64,000 nucleotides of DNA from Bacteriovoracia bacterium (GTDB lineage Bacteria; Bdellovibrionota; UBA1018; CAIPTA01), in the NCBI GenBank assembly GCA_050246755.1, contig JBFWVL010000002.1:256001-320000 (forward strand), written 5' to 3'. Below are positions 39,899 through 49,089 of this stretch, piece by piece. Positions within the stretch are counted from its first letter, which is position 1. Every line of letters begins with the position of its first letter. The notes beneath the pieces were generated by a model, which was not told the origin of the DNA, made no database searches, and was given only the letters and a program-made list of their open reading frames with translations. The position numbers and the translations under genes are program-made.

Positions 39899-42166
39899 CT
39901 AGAGGGTGAGCAGCTTCTCAAATATTTCCACTACTTGGCCGCGGTCTGCCTTAAAGGCTTTATCGCCGGCTACGTAGCGGCGCCAGGCGTAGGAAATCGC
40001 CTCGCCCCAGTTTTCGGCGGTGGGCAGAGAGCGGTTGGCTAGCAGGTACATGTAGATCGCGTGGTGGTCTTTTGGATCGGGCTTGCCGCGTTCGATGCAC
40101 TTCTCTTTGAGGAAAGGCAAGAATACCGGGTAGGCCAATTCGGCTTCCTCGTTCTCGAGCAGGCCGTCGTGGTTGCGGTCGAAACGCGCGAAGAGGAGCT
40201 CCACGTAGTAGGGCAAAAGGATGAAGGCGCGGGTATCGGAAATGGTAAAATTATCCTCGGCGGAACGGCCCTTGCGCAGGAAGTTCTCCAAACGAGTAAA
40301 TAAAACTTCTTGATTTCGATCCGTGAGCTGCTTGAAGTACTGGGCGGTTCCGGGAATGGAGCTCCAGATCAGGCTGGCCTGCTTGAGCCAGTTTTTCCGG
40401 AAGCAGCGGGCCTTGATGGCGAACTTTCCGTTCTCGGCGGCGGTGCCGCAGGCTAGCGCAAGATTATTGTGCACGGTATTCGCGTAGTAGATGGTGGAGA
40501 GAAGCAGGGACTCGAACTCGATCGCCTCGTTCATGGTGAGGCCTTTGTCACCGTCGGAGGAAGGAAGGAAAAGGCTGGCTTCGAAGAGGCGTTTCGGAAA
40601 GCTTTCTTGGGTTTCCGCATCGGCGAGTTTCACCTTAGGGTCGCGCAGGATCGGGAAGATATCGTCGAGTAGGGATTTCAGCTGGGCTTCGGTGAGAGAA
40701 TCCGCTTTGGGGCCGGCGTAGGCGCCGATCAGCAGGCGGTTTACCGAGCGCATAAGGTGCATCTTCGCCATGTGCTGCAAGGAAAGCTTTGGGCGGTTCT
40801 TTCCGCTCGGAATCAAAACGTGCAGAGAGCGGCCTGGGAAAACCGTATTGATCTCGCCGGCGGTTTTTACGAGGCTTTCCACGGCCGCGCGGGAAACCTG
40901 ATCGCGCAATAGGGTAGACTCGAGCAAATGCTCGGTGGTGAAGGAGGCGAAGTCTTCGGTTTTTAGACCTTGGGTTTCAAAGCCATTTTCGCCGAATTTC
41001 GCGCGGTAGATCGCCTCGAGCGCGCGCAATCCTTCGGTGGCGAAGTGGAAAGTGCGGGAGAGCTGGGCAAAATTTTCTTTGCGGATCGTATAGCCCTTGC
41101 CGGTATCTTCCACGCGGAAGAGTTTGCCGAACACGAGTTTCACGCCGGCGCGCACGGTATCGAACTCCATTCCGCCGAGCATGCCGGCCGAATTCATGGC
41201 CACGAGGAGCTCGTCGATCTCTTCTGATTTGATCTCGCCCTCGCGGCGCTGGTCCAGCACTTGGGAAAAAAGCTGGATGCTGTCGTCGAAGAGGCTTTCG
41301 AGTCGGAGCAGGCCGGGGCCGTAGGCGTAGTTATGCTCGCCATGGGAATAGAAGCGGGCGCGCAGGTAGAGGGAGTAGTAGCGGGGGGCCATGCGGTAGA
41401 TGGTGAACCAGTCGGCGGCGAGGATTTCGTCTTTCGGGGGAGAAACGAAAATCGCCTTCGCGGGTCGCAGCGCCTGAGTCCAATTGAGCACGGTCTTTAC
41501 CCATTCCGAGTCGCCTTTATTATCCGGGTAGAGGAATTTTCCGAGCTCGGTGAAGAGTGCGCCGAAGTGATCGAAAGAATAAGCGCCCTGGGTGTCTTTT
41601 AGGGATTCGGCGATCTCGTTCATTCCGGCCTGGAATTCCACGATAGCTTCTTCGAATTGGTCTTTGCTGTAGCTGCGGGTAATGAAGGTTTCGGCGCGCA
41701 CCGGCATATGGGGACGCAGGCGGGCGGTAACTCGGCGGGCCACTTTCATGATGCGAAGGACGTCGTTGAGCTCTTTACGGGTGATTTCGTCGGAGCGGCC
41801 GCCGAGGATGCTTTGCTTAAGCACCATCACTTCGTTGATTAGGCCGGGAGGGATTTCTTTTCCGTTCAGGAAATATTTGCTGAGGAAGCGGGCCAGATCG
41901 TTGGCCTTATAGGAATTGAGGGTGTCGCCCTCGGTATGACTATTGAAGGTGGTCACCGACTTTTCGGTGCAGTCCCAAAAGCCCTCGAGCTCGGCCGCAG
42001 TGGCGGAACCTTCCGCGAAGCGGGAAAGAATTTTACCGGAATTGGAAAGGCAGCCGCCGCCGAGGCTCACGTTGAGCGGGGCTTTTTCCACTTTATCGTT
42101 CAGGCGCAGGGAACAGCCCGAAAATGCGAGGGCGAGGGTGAAGATGCAGAGAAGTTTAGAAGGCAT
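39899..42166 (-). CDS. Large helical lipoprotein with EF-hand-like loops (755 aa)
   Basis: Lipobox FSG-C; canonical EF loop DRNHDGLLENEE (40145-40180) plus degenerate loops. Confidence 0.78.
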   Translation of the reverse strand: MPSKLLCIFTLALAFSGCSLRLNDKVEKAPLNVSLGGGCLSNSGKILSRFAEGSATAAELEGFWDCTEKSVTTFNSHTEGDTLNSYKANDLARFLSKYFLNGKEIPPGLINEVMVLKQSILGGRSDEITRKELNDVLRIMKVARRVTARLRPHMPVRAETFITRSYSKDQFEEAIVEFQAGMNEIAESLKDTQGAYSFDHFGALFTELGKFLYPDNKGDSEWVKTVLNWTQALRPAKAIFVSPPKDEILAADWFTIYRMAPRYYSLYLRARFYSHGEHNYAYGPGLLRLESLFDDSIQLFSQVLDQRREGEIKSEEIDELLVAMNSAGMLGGMEFDTVRAGVKLVFGKLFRVEDTGKGYTIRKENFAQLSRTFHFATEGLRALEAIYRAKFGENGFETQGLKTEDFASFTTEHLLESTLLRDQVSRAAVESLVKTAGEINTVFPGRSLHVLIPSGKNRPKLSLQHMAKMHLMRSVNRLLIGAYAGPKADSLTEAQLKSLLDDIFPILRDPKVKLADAETQESFPKRLFEASLFLPSSDGDKGLTMNEAIEFESLLLSTIYYANTVHNNLALACGTAAENGKFAIKARCFRKNWLKQASLIWSSIPGTAQYFKQLTDRNQEVLFTRLENFLRKGRSAEDNFTISDTRAFILLPYYVELLFARFDRNHDGLLENEEAELAYPVFLPFLKEKCIERGKPDPKDHHAIYMYLLANRSLPTAENWGEAISYAWRRYVAGDKAFKADRGQVVEIFEKLLTL

Positions 42167-43541
42167 ACGTTACCGCCCCCCTCACGCGATCGTTCCGCTG
42201 GTAGCGGCTGATAAAATCTTCCGGCCGCTGACTCTCCGAGCCCAGAATGTCCACGCCGAGGTTCAGGAGCAGAGATCCAGCTGGGCGGTAAAATAAGTCG
42301 GTGACCAGGATATTGCCCTCGTTGAGGGAGTCGAAAATAAATTTCGTGGAAAACAAAAACGAGCGTGCCCATTTATCCGAGATGGGCGTGAACACGGCCA
42401 TACTATAGGCGTTCTGGAACGCGTAGCGGGGTTCGAAGGTGGCGGCGCGGGGATTCACGAAAGGGCCTTGGTCGGGGCTATTACCGCCGCTGCGGCGGAA
42501 ATAGGCGAATTCGAAGCGGGTGTACTTAAATGATTCGCGGAAGGGCATTGTTTTGGCGGTGAATCCGAGGAGGTTGGCGTTCACTACTTCCTGGGTATTC
42601 CAGTTGGCGGGGGTAACGTCGCGGGTGGGGCGCTCCGTGATGGCGCTGGCCGCTAGGCTGTGGCGATCGAAATTCCAGCCGGCATCGGCGGCCACGAGAT
42701 CGTGGTAAAGCACGCGGGGACGGATTACGGCGGGCACGTCGAGCGACGAAACGCTCAAGCGGCCTTCAAAAGATAGGATCAGCTGGTTGATGGGCTTATG
42801 CACGTAGGAGATGCGGCCGAAGGGGCCAAGCTCACGGCCGAGGCGCACGGTTGCGCCCGCCGCTTGGTGCATCACGAGGCTTTTTACCGGAGGAATTTCC
42901 AGGGAGAAGCGCACGTCGGTTTGCTGATTGAACAGAAAGATGGAAGAGGAAGGGCAAGAGAACCAGGGGGAGGCCGTTTTGCAGGATCCGCTAGAGATAT
43001 CAAAGGGGGCACCTTGCTCCGGAATGAAGAGGGGAGAATAGAAGGCCACGATCGAGAAATTCTCGGTTTGAAAGCTGGGGAAGATTCCCACTAAGCCGTT
43101 TTCTTTTTCGTTCAGATAATCCCAGCGGAAGCGGGGCTGGAAAAGGCCAAGGCTCCAATAGGAATCGAGATTGCTCCACGAGTAGCGCTTACGGCCCATG
43201 AATACGCTGAAATTACCCGGCTTATAACCCACGTAAGCTTCGCCCACGTTGAGGTAGCGGAGGTTCGCCTCGCCCACGCCGTAGAGGGATTCGCTGTCGA
43301 TGCCGAAGTGGAAATCGTCCGAGTTACCCACACCCCTTACCGAGATATTGAGGCCGAGATTTCCGGTGCGGCTATCCGCGATCGTTTCGCTGGCGCGGGT
43401 TAGGTACGTATTGCCGGTGAGTCCCACGCGAATTTCTTTGTCGCGCAGCTTGGGCTGGAGCGAAGGCAGGGCGTGTGCGCTCAGGCTCGCCGAGAGCAGG
43501 AGGGGCCAAACAAATTTTATTGCCTTCGGGCAAGATCGCAT
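42156..43541 (-). CDS. Putative outer-membrane beta-barrel protein
   Basis: Signal peptide ending AHA; alternating amphipathic strands; C-terminal RVRGAVTYAF BAM-type signal. Start ambiguous (43541 vs 43583). Confidence 0.72.
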   Translation of the reverse strand: MRSCPKAIKFVWPLLLSASLSAHALPSLQPKLRDKEIRVGLTGNTYLTRASETIADSRTGNLGLNISVRGVGNSDDFHFGIDSESLYGVGEANLRYLNVGEAYVGYKPGNFSVFMGRKRYSWSNLDSYWSLGLFQPRFRWDYLNEKENGLVGIFPSFQTENFSIVAFYSPLFIPEQGAPFDISSGSCKTASPWFSCPSSSIFLFNQQTDVRFSLEIPPVKSLVMHQAAGATVRLGRELGPFGRISYVHKPINQLILSFEGRLSVSSLDVPAVIRPRVLYHDLVAADAGWNFDRHSLAASAITERPTRDVTPANWNTQEVVNANLLGFTAKTMPFRESFKYTRFEFAYFRRSGGNSPDQGPFVNPRAATFEPRYAFQNAYSMAVFTPISDKWARSFLFSTKFIFDSLNEGNILVTDLFYRPAGSLLLNLGVDILGSESQRPEDFISRYQRNDRVRGAVTYAF

Positions 43542-43734
43542 AAATTTCCTAAGGCCCTTTCCCGGGGGAGACAGGGCGACCATAGAATATCAAAGTAGAT
43601 CATTAAACTCAAGTATTCTTATATAATAATCTATTGTAATTCTAGATGGTTAGCACAGAGCAGGCAAGGCTGGGACGAGCGAAAAACGGCGAATCTCTGG
43701 GCTGGTCAAATTCGCGCTGAGTGCGTTCTACAGG

Positions 43735-43751
43735 TGTCTAAAAGATCGTCA
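43735..43751. promoter_or_regulatory. Second copy of the TGTC-N9-GWCA palindrome
   Basis: TGTCTAAAAGATCGTCA upstream of the barrel-lipoprotein operon, separated from a TTGAGT-N17-TATTCT promoter by an AT-rich tract. Confidence 0.45.
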
Positions 43752-44381
43752 GAGTTTTCGGGCCACGAGGATCCCGTCGCGGATGGGCAGCATCACGATT
43801 TCCACGCGCGTATCGGACCTTGCGTAGTCGTTGAAGGCGCAGATATCGCGGTCGCTCTTTTCCTGGGGGGCTAGCACGCGCCCACTCCAGAGCACGTTGT
43901 CCACCACGAGCAATCCGCCTTGGCGCACCTTGGGCAATGATTTGTCCCAGTAGGTTTGGTAGCCGGCCTTATCGGCATCGATGAACACGAGATCGATATT
44001 GCCCTCGAGCTTCTCCACCGTTTCGGCGCCCGGCCCAAGCCTAAGCTCGATCTTCTTTCCGTGAGGGCTTTGTTCCCAGAATTTTTTGGCCAAGTCGGTA
44101 GCGCGGGGGTCGATATCGCAGGTGATGAGCTTGCCGTCTTCGGGAAGCGCGGAGGCCATGGCGAGGGCGCTAAAGCCCGAGAAGGTGCCGAATTCCAGTA
44201 CGCGCTTAGCGCCGGAGATGGCCACCAGAAGCCCGAGGAAGCGGCCTTCCAGCAGGCCTACCTGCATTTGCGGGGCCGAGAGTTCAGCGAAGGTGGCTTC
44301 CTTGAGGCGATCGAATAGAGCGGGTAGGGGCGTGGTGTGAGCACGGCAATAGTCTTCGATTTCTTCCGGCACTAGCTTCAT
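43749..44381 (-). CDS. Class I SAM-dependent O-methyltransferase (caffeoyl-CoA OMT-like)
   Basis: LEFGTFSGFSAL, FIDADK, DNVLWSG, PIRDG. Confidence 0.9.
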   Translation of the reverse strand: MKLVPEEIEDYCRAHTTPLPALFDRLKEATFAELSAPQMQVGLLEGRFLGLLVAISGAKRVLEFGTFSGFSALAMASALPEDGKLITCDIDPRATDLAKKFWEQSPHGKKIELRLGPGAETVEKLEGNIDLVFIDADKAGYQTYWDKSLPKVRQGGLLVVDNVLWSGRVLAPQEKSDRDICAFNDYARSDTRVEIVMLPIRDGILVARKL

Positions 44382-45661
44382 TTTTTTTCTCCCATGGTCT
44401 CTGCAGTTCTAAACTCTTGCCATTCTTTCTGCACGATTAGGCGGGCACTTCGGCCATAGGTCACATAAGCCCAGATCCAGGTCATCACCACGAACAGGCG
44501 ATTCTTGAAGCCGATCAAGTAGTAGATGTGCACGGTAATCCAGGTGAGCCAGGCAAAGAAGCCATAAAAACGCAGCTTGTCCATTTGCACTACCGCGCGC
44601 GAACGGCCGATCGTGGCCATCTGCCCTTTATCCTTATACCGGAAAGGCAGTGTTTTTTCTCCGCGGCTTAGGCGCAATATATTTTCGGCGGCATGGCGGC
44701 CCGCCTGTATCGCTACCGGGGCGAGCCCCGGCAATGCTTTTCCGTCTTGCTCGAAATGAGCTTGGTCTCCCACCACGAAAACTTCGGGATGCCCAGGCAG
44801 GCTCAGGTCTTTTTCTACGGGCACACGACCGGAGCGATCGAGATTCCCGCTAAGCGACTGGTTCAACTCACTCGGCTTCACGCCGGCGGCCCAAATCACG
44901 GTGGCCGCATGCAGCGTTTCGGCGCCCATTTCCACGCCCGTTTGGCTTACCTTCGTAACCCGCGTGGAGGTCCACACGCTCACGCCCAAGTTTTCCAAAT
45001 CTCTCAGGGCGTGGGAGGCCACCTCGGGCTCGAAGCCCGCCAAAATTCTCGGGCCTGCCTCGATAAGAATTACCCGCGTCTGGGATGGATCGATCCGGCG
45101 AAATTCTTTACGCAAGGTATAGCGACTGATTTCTCCGAGTGCGCCCGCGAGCTCTACTCCGGTCGGGCCGCCGCCGATCACCACGAAGGTGAGAAAACTT
45201 TTTTGCTTCGCCGGATCCGTTTCGCGCTCCGCAAACTCGTAGGCGCTCAGCACGCGGCGGCGGATCTCGGTGGCTTGCTCGAGGGTTTTCAGCCCGGGGG
45301 CAAATTTTTCCCATTCGTCGTGGCCGAAATAACTATGCTGGGCGCCGGTGGCCACGAGCAAATAGTCGTAGGAGAAAGTGCCGAATTCACCGGTTACTTC
45401 CTTGGTTCCGGGCCTAACGGCCTTTGCGGCGCCAAGCAGGACGTTCACGTTGGGATAGTCGGCTAGTAAGCTGCGGATGGGCGAGGCGATATCCGCCGGG
45501 CTCAATCCCGCCATCGCAACCTGGTAAAGCAGGGGCTGAAATAAATGGTAGTTGCGGCGGTCGAGAACGGTGATCGTAAGGTCTTTGCCTTTGCGGCCGA
45601 GCACTTTGGCGGCGTTGAGTCCCGCGAAACCGGCGCCGAGAATAAGCACTGAGTGGCCCAT
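44378..45661 (-). CDS. ndh: Type II NADH dehydrogenase
   Basis: GAGFAG, FQPLLYQVA, GGGPTGVELAG, WAAGV, YKDKGQMATIGR. Confidence 0.92.
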   Translation of the reverse strand: MGHSVLILGAGFAGLNAAKVLGRKGKDLTITVLDRRNYHLFQPLLYQVAMAGLSPADIASPIRSLLADYPNVNVLLGAAKAVRPGTKEVTGEFGTFSYDYLLVATGAQHSYFGHDEWEKFAPGLKTLEQATEIRRRVLSAYEFAERETDPAKQKSFLTFVVIGGGPTGVELAGALGEISRYTLRKEFRRIDPSQTRVILIEAGPRILAGFEPEVASHALRDLENLGVSVWTSTRVTKVSQTGVEMGAETLHAATVIWAAGVKPSELNQSLSGNLDRSGRVPVEKDLSLPGHPEVFVVGDQAHFEQDGKALPGLAPVAIQAGRHAAENILRLSRGEKTLPFRYKDKGQMATIGRSRAVVQMDKLRFYGFFAWLTWITVHIYYLIGFKNRLFVVMTWIWAYVTYGRSARLIVQKEWQEFRTAETMGEKK

Positions 45662-45679
45662 TCTCGAGTTTCTATCATA

Positions 45680-46312
45680 TCAGGCGGCGCTTGGCTTTCG
45701 CATTTGCTTGCGGCGTTCTAGCAGTTTTTCCTTCGCGTCCGTGAGGCAGCGAGTATGTTCGTTGGCGCTCTGTGTCTGCTGGGGCGTGCGCGCGTGATCG
45801 GGATGGTATTGCTTCACCCAGTGACGGAAGGCTTTCACGATCGTTTGGGTGGCGGCATTCTCGCGCACGGCAAGCACCTCGTGGGGCTTTCCGTGGAAGA
45901 GGGGAGCTTTGGGTAATTCTTTTTTTGGTGCCGGCTTTGGTTGCGGCTTAGGAGATTCCGCTTTGGCCTTTTGCTCGGCTCTGGGGGGCGCTTCTTGCCG
46001 CTTCTCCTTTTTGCCCTCTTGCTTTTCTGCCTTAGGCCCTTCTCGCTTTTTCTCCCCGAGCGGCTTCACGTCCAGAACGTCTTCTATCCGGATCTTCTCT
46101 CGCCGGGGTTCTGGGGGCCGGGAGCCGTATCCCGAGCCGGCCAATAGGGCCGCCGGTCTTAGTCCGTCACGCAGGAAGCGCTTGGCGGCGCTTTCCGCCT
46201 GAAGGCTTAAAATCATGTAGAGGGCGCTCACAAGGCCGAGGCCGAATTGTCCTTGCGATAGGTATTCCACGGCCGAGGCAATCACCAGGGGAATCAGGAT
46301 CAGGTGGCGCAT
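45680..46312 (-). CDS. Membrane-anchored protein with a C-terminal J-domain
   Basis: N-terminal hydrophobic hairpin, charged Pro/Lys/Glu linker, PHEVL...IVKAFR..VKQYHPD. Confidence 0.78.
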   Translation of the reverse strand: MRHLILIPLVIASAVEYLSQGQFGLGLVSALYMILSLQAESAAKRFLRDGLRPAALLAGSGYGSRPPEPRREKIRIEDVLDVKPLGEKKREGPKAEKQEGKKEKRQEAPPRAEQKAKAESPKPQPKPAPKKELPKAPLFHGKPHEVLAVRENAATQTIVKAFRHWVKQYHPDHARTPQQTQSANEHTRCLTDAKEKLLERRKQMRKPSAA

Positions 46313-46318
46313 AGTTCT

Positions 46319-46346
46319 TTATCGGCCAACCGAGGCCGGGCCTGCA
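46319..46346 (-). promoter_or_regulatory. sigma28-type promoter, leaderless
   Basis: TGCAG-N15-GCCGATAA-N6-ATG. Confidence 0.6.
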
Positions 46347-46381
46347 ACAATAATTACTTATAAAATCAGCTAGATAGGTCT

Positions 46382-47548
46382 CTATCCTAAAGCGGAAAGT
46401 CCGCCGTGCTGAAGCTGGCGAATCATCCAGCGGTATTCGTTGAGAGATCGCTCTAGCATTTTTCTCTCGGCGCGCAGGCGCCCGGCCCAGTGCCTTGCCC
46501 TCGCTCGATGCGAACGCTTGCCCTCGCGAATCATCGTCTCGCGCCAGGCCTGGAATTCCCGGAGTTTTCGCTGAAAGTCTTGGAGGTGCTGCTCAATCGC
46601 CAGGCGCATGGCCTCCACCTGGGCCGGCACCTCTTCCCGCCAATTTTGGATGAACTGATCGGAAGACGTCTCGAGCTTCGCTTTCAAGATGTGGGCATCC
46701 GGAGTGCGGCTAAGGTTACGGCTGAGGCCCACGAAATTAAGACAGAGGATGAGCCACTTACTCGGGTCCCACTGGTACCAGCGCACGCCGTTCCGGTAGT
46801 CGTTGGCGAAAGCATGATGGAAGTTATGGTAGCCTTCGCCATTGGTAAGGAAGGCAAGCCACCAGCAGTCGCGGGCCGAAACCTTCGTGGAATAAGGACG
46901 CGTGCCGAACATATGCGCCAGAGAATTAATGAAGAACGTTCCATGGTGGACCACGATCAGGCGGAGTAGCCCACCCACGAAGAAGCCCGCGAAGGGGCGT
47001 CCGATCATCCAGCCCAAAAGAGTGGGTAAACCGAAGCTTACGGCGAAAGCGATGAGCAGAAAATGGCGGTGCTGCCAGCGCACGAGCGGATCGGCCTCTA
47101 AATCGGCGGCATTGGCGAAGCTGCGGTCTTTCGGATCATTGCGGAAGATCCATCCCATATGGGCGTAGAAAAATCCTTTGGAGATGCTGTAGGGGTCGCC
47201 TTCTTTATCTACGAAGCGATGGTGGTAACGATGATCCGAACACCACTTGAAAGCGGAGTTTTGCATCGCGGCCGCGCCGAATACCAAAAAGAAAAAGCGC
47301 ACGAGGGCCGGGCTCTCGTAGGTTTGGTGGGCAAATAAACGGTGGTAGCCCGCCGTGATGGAAAAACCGCTCGCGAGCAGCATAAAAGTAAAAATCGCGA
47401 GGTCGCTCCAAGCAAATTCGCTCGAGAGCAAATAGACGGGGAAGAGGGCGATCCCGGCAACGGGGGTAGCCAAGAGAAAAAGAGTATTCGTCCAGCTGAA
47501 CTCACCGTTCCAGCGTGGTTGGTGCTGCCATTTGCTGTTCTGTTCCAT
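46382..47548 (-). CDS. Acyl-CoA (delta-9-type) fatty acid desaturase
   Basis: His boxes HRLFAH, HRYHH, HNFHH; GEGY, WDPSKW; C-terminal coiled coil. Confidence 0.92.
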   Translation of the reverse strand: MEQNSKWQHQPRWNGEFSWTNTLFLLATPVAGIALFPVYLLSSEFAWSDLAIFTFMLLASGFSITAGYHRLFAHQTYESPALVRFFFLVFGAAAMQNSAFKWCSDHRYHHRFVDKEGDPYSISKGFFYAHMGWIFRNDPKDRSFANAADLEADPLVRWQHRHFLLIAFAVSFGLPTLLGWMIGRPFAGFFVGGLLRLIVVHHGTFFINSLAHMFGTRPYSTKVSARDCWWLAFLTNGEGYHNFHHAFANDYRNGVRWYQWDPSKWLILCLNFVGLSRNLSRTPDAHILKAKLETSSDQFIQNWREEVPAQVEAMRLAIEQHLQDFQRKLREFQAWRETMIREGKRSHRARARHWAGRLRAERKMLERSLNEYRWMIRQLQHGGLSALG

Positions 47549-47618
47549 CGCATCTCCTTATTCCGTTTGGGCTATTTTACGCGTGGATGCGGCAAAAAGC
47601 CTAGGAAGAAGGAGAGTT

Positions 47619-48968
47619 TTAGCTGGACGCTTTTAGTTTGTTCATCGCGTTGAGGGCGGCTACTTTGTAGGCCTCCGCGAGAGTGGGGTAATTAAACACG
47701 TTGGCCACCAGAAACTCCACGCTGGCATTGAGCGCGAACACGATTTGCCCGATATGAATCAGTTCGGTGGCACCCGCGCCGATGGCGTGAATGCCGAGAA
47801 GTTTTTTGGTGTCCCTATGCACCAGTAATTTCACGAAACCGTTTTCTTCGCCCATGATTAGCCCGCGCGCGAGTTCCCGGTAATACGCGTGGCCTACCAC
47901 GTAGGGAATATTTTTTTCCCGGAGCTCTCCCTCGTGCGAGCCCACGCAAGAAATTTCCGGAATCGTATAGATGCCGGTAGGGAAGGATCGCGGGAATTCC
48001 GCGCAAGGCAAGCCGAACATGCGGCAGGCCGCCAAGCGCCCTTGTTCGGCGGAAGCAGCGGCGAGCGCGGGGGGGCCGATCACGTCGCCCACGGCGTAGA
48101 TATGCTTCGCGGCCGTCTGATAGGTAATGGGGTCCACGCTGATATTTCCCTTGGCGTCGAGGGTGACTCCGGCCGCACTTAGGTTAAGTTTCTCGGTATT
48201 GGGCAGCCGACCCAGGCAAACGAGGGCGGCGTCTACGGGCAAAACCTTTCCATTCACCTGAAATTTCAGCTTCGTAGAACCTTTAGCAATCTTTTTCTCA
48301 GAAATGATTTCAGCCCCCAACTGCAGTTCAATGCCACGCGTGGCGAATTCCGCCTGAAGGGCGGAAACTAGCTCTTGGTCAATCGAGCGCAAAAGCTCTT
48401 TGCGGCGATCGATGAGGTAAACCTTGCTGCCCAGCTGGGCGAAAATGCTGGCGTATTCGCAGCCGATTACGCCCGCGCCGAATACGGCGATTCGCTTGGG
48501 ACGCCGCTTGATGCCTAAAATGCCGTCGCTATCAAATACGCCCGGGTGACGAAAGGCGAAATCGGCGGGCCGGTTAGGGCGGGTGCCGGTGGCGATCACG
48601 AAATGCTCCCCGGAAATTTGGGTTTTCTTGCTCCCGCTACCGATGGAGATCGTGTGGGCGTCCACGAAGGAAGCGATGCCGTGGAAAAACTCCACGTGAT
48701 TCCGCAGAAGCTGCTGTTTGATCACCTTCGCTTCGCCCTGGATCACCGCGCGCATCCGCAGTAAAGCGGGGCTCAGCTCGGATCCTAGGCCCGCGAGCGC
48801 GGCCTCGCGCAGGCTTTTGCTCGGAATCGTTCCGGTATGCACACAGGAACCACCGGGGCGGCCGGCTTCCACGAGCGCCACGCGCTTGCCGATTTTAGCG
48901 GCTTGTACCGCTGCACGGGCGCCGCCAGGGCCGGAGCCGATCACCACGAGATCGAATTTTTGCGTCAT
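47619..48968 (-). CDS. sthA: Soluble pyridine nucleotide transhydrogenase
   Basis: GSGPGG, GGSCVHTGTIPSKSLRE, GAGVIGCEYASIF, GIYTIPEIS, FNYPTLAEAYKVAA. Confidence 0.9.
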   Translation of the reverse strand: MTQKFDLVVIGSGPGGARAAVQAAKIGKRVALVEAGRPGGSCVHTGTIPSKSLREAALAGLGSELSPALLRMRAVIQGEAKVIKQQLLRNHVEFFHGIASFVDAHTISIGSGSKKTQISGEHFVIATGTRPNRPADFAFRHPGVFDSDGILGIKRRPKRIAVFGAGVIGCEYASIFAQLGSKVYLIDRRKELLRSIDQELVSALQAEFATRGIELQLGAEIISEKKIAKGSTKLKFQVNGKVLPVDAALVCLGRLPNTEKLNLSAAGVTLDAKGNISVDPITYQTAAKHIYAVGDVIGPPALAAASAEQGRLAACRMFGLPCAEFPRSFPTGIYTIPEISCVGSHEGELREKNIPYVVGHAYYRELARGLIMGEENGFVKLLVHRDTKKLLGIHAIGAGATELIHIGQIVFALNASVEFLVANVFNYPTLAEAYKVAALNAMNKLKASS

Positions 48969-49036
48969 CTTAAAATTATTAAGTTTCGGCCGTGAGTGCG
49001 CAAGGAGATCTTACCCGGTAAAGAAGGAGGAAACAG

Positions 49037-49071
49037 AAAAGCCCTAGACGGAAAAACGTCTTGGGCTTTTT
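49037..49071. terminator. Bidirectional-looking intrinsic terminator downstream of slyD
   Basis: AAAAGCCC.AGACG-loop-CGTCT.GGGCTTTTT. Confidence 0.7.
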
Positions 49072-49089
49072 CTTACACTCTAGCGATTC

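Noticed and set aside
43585-43650. AT-rich tract as a replication origin or island boundary
   Set aside because: I saw no DnaA boxes or att-like repeats; it is better explained as an UP element or IHF-like bend upstream of a sigma70 promoter.
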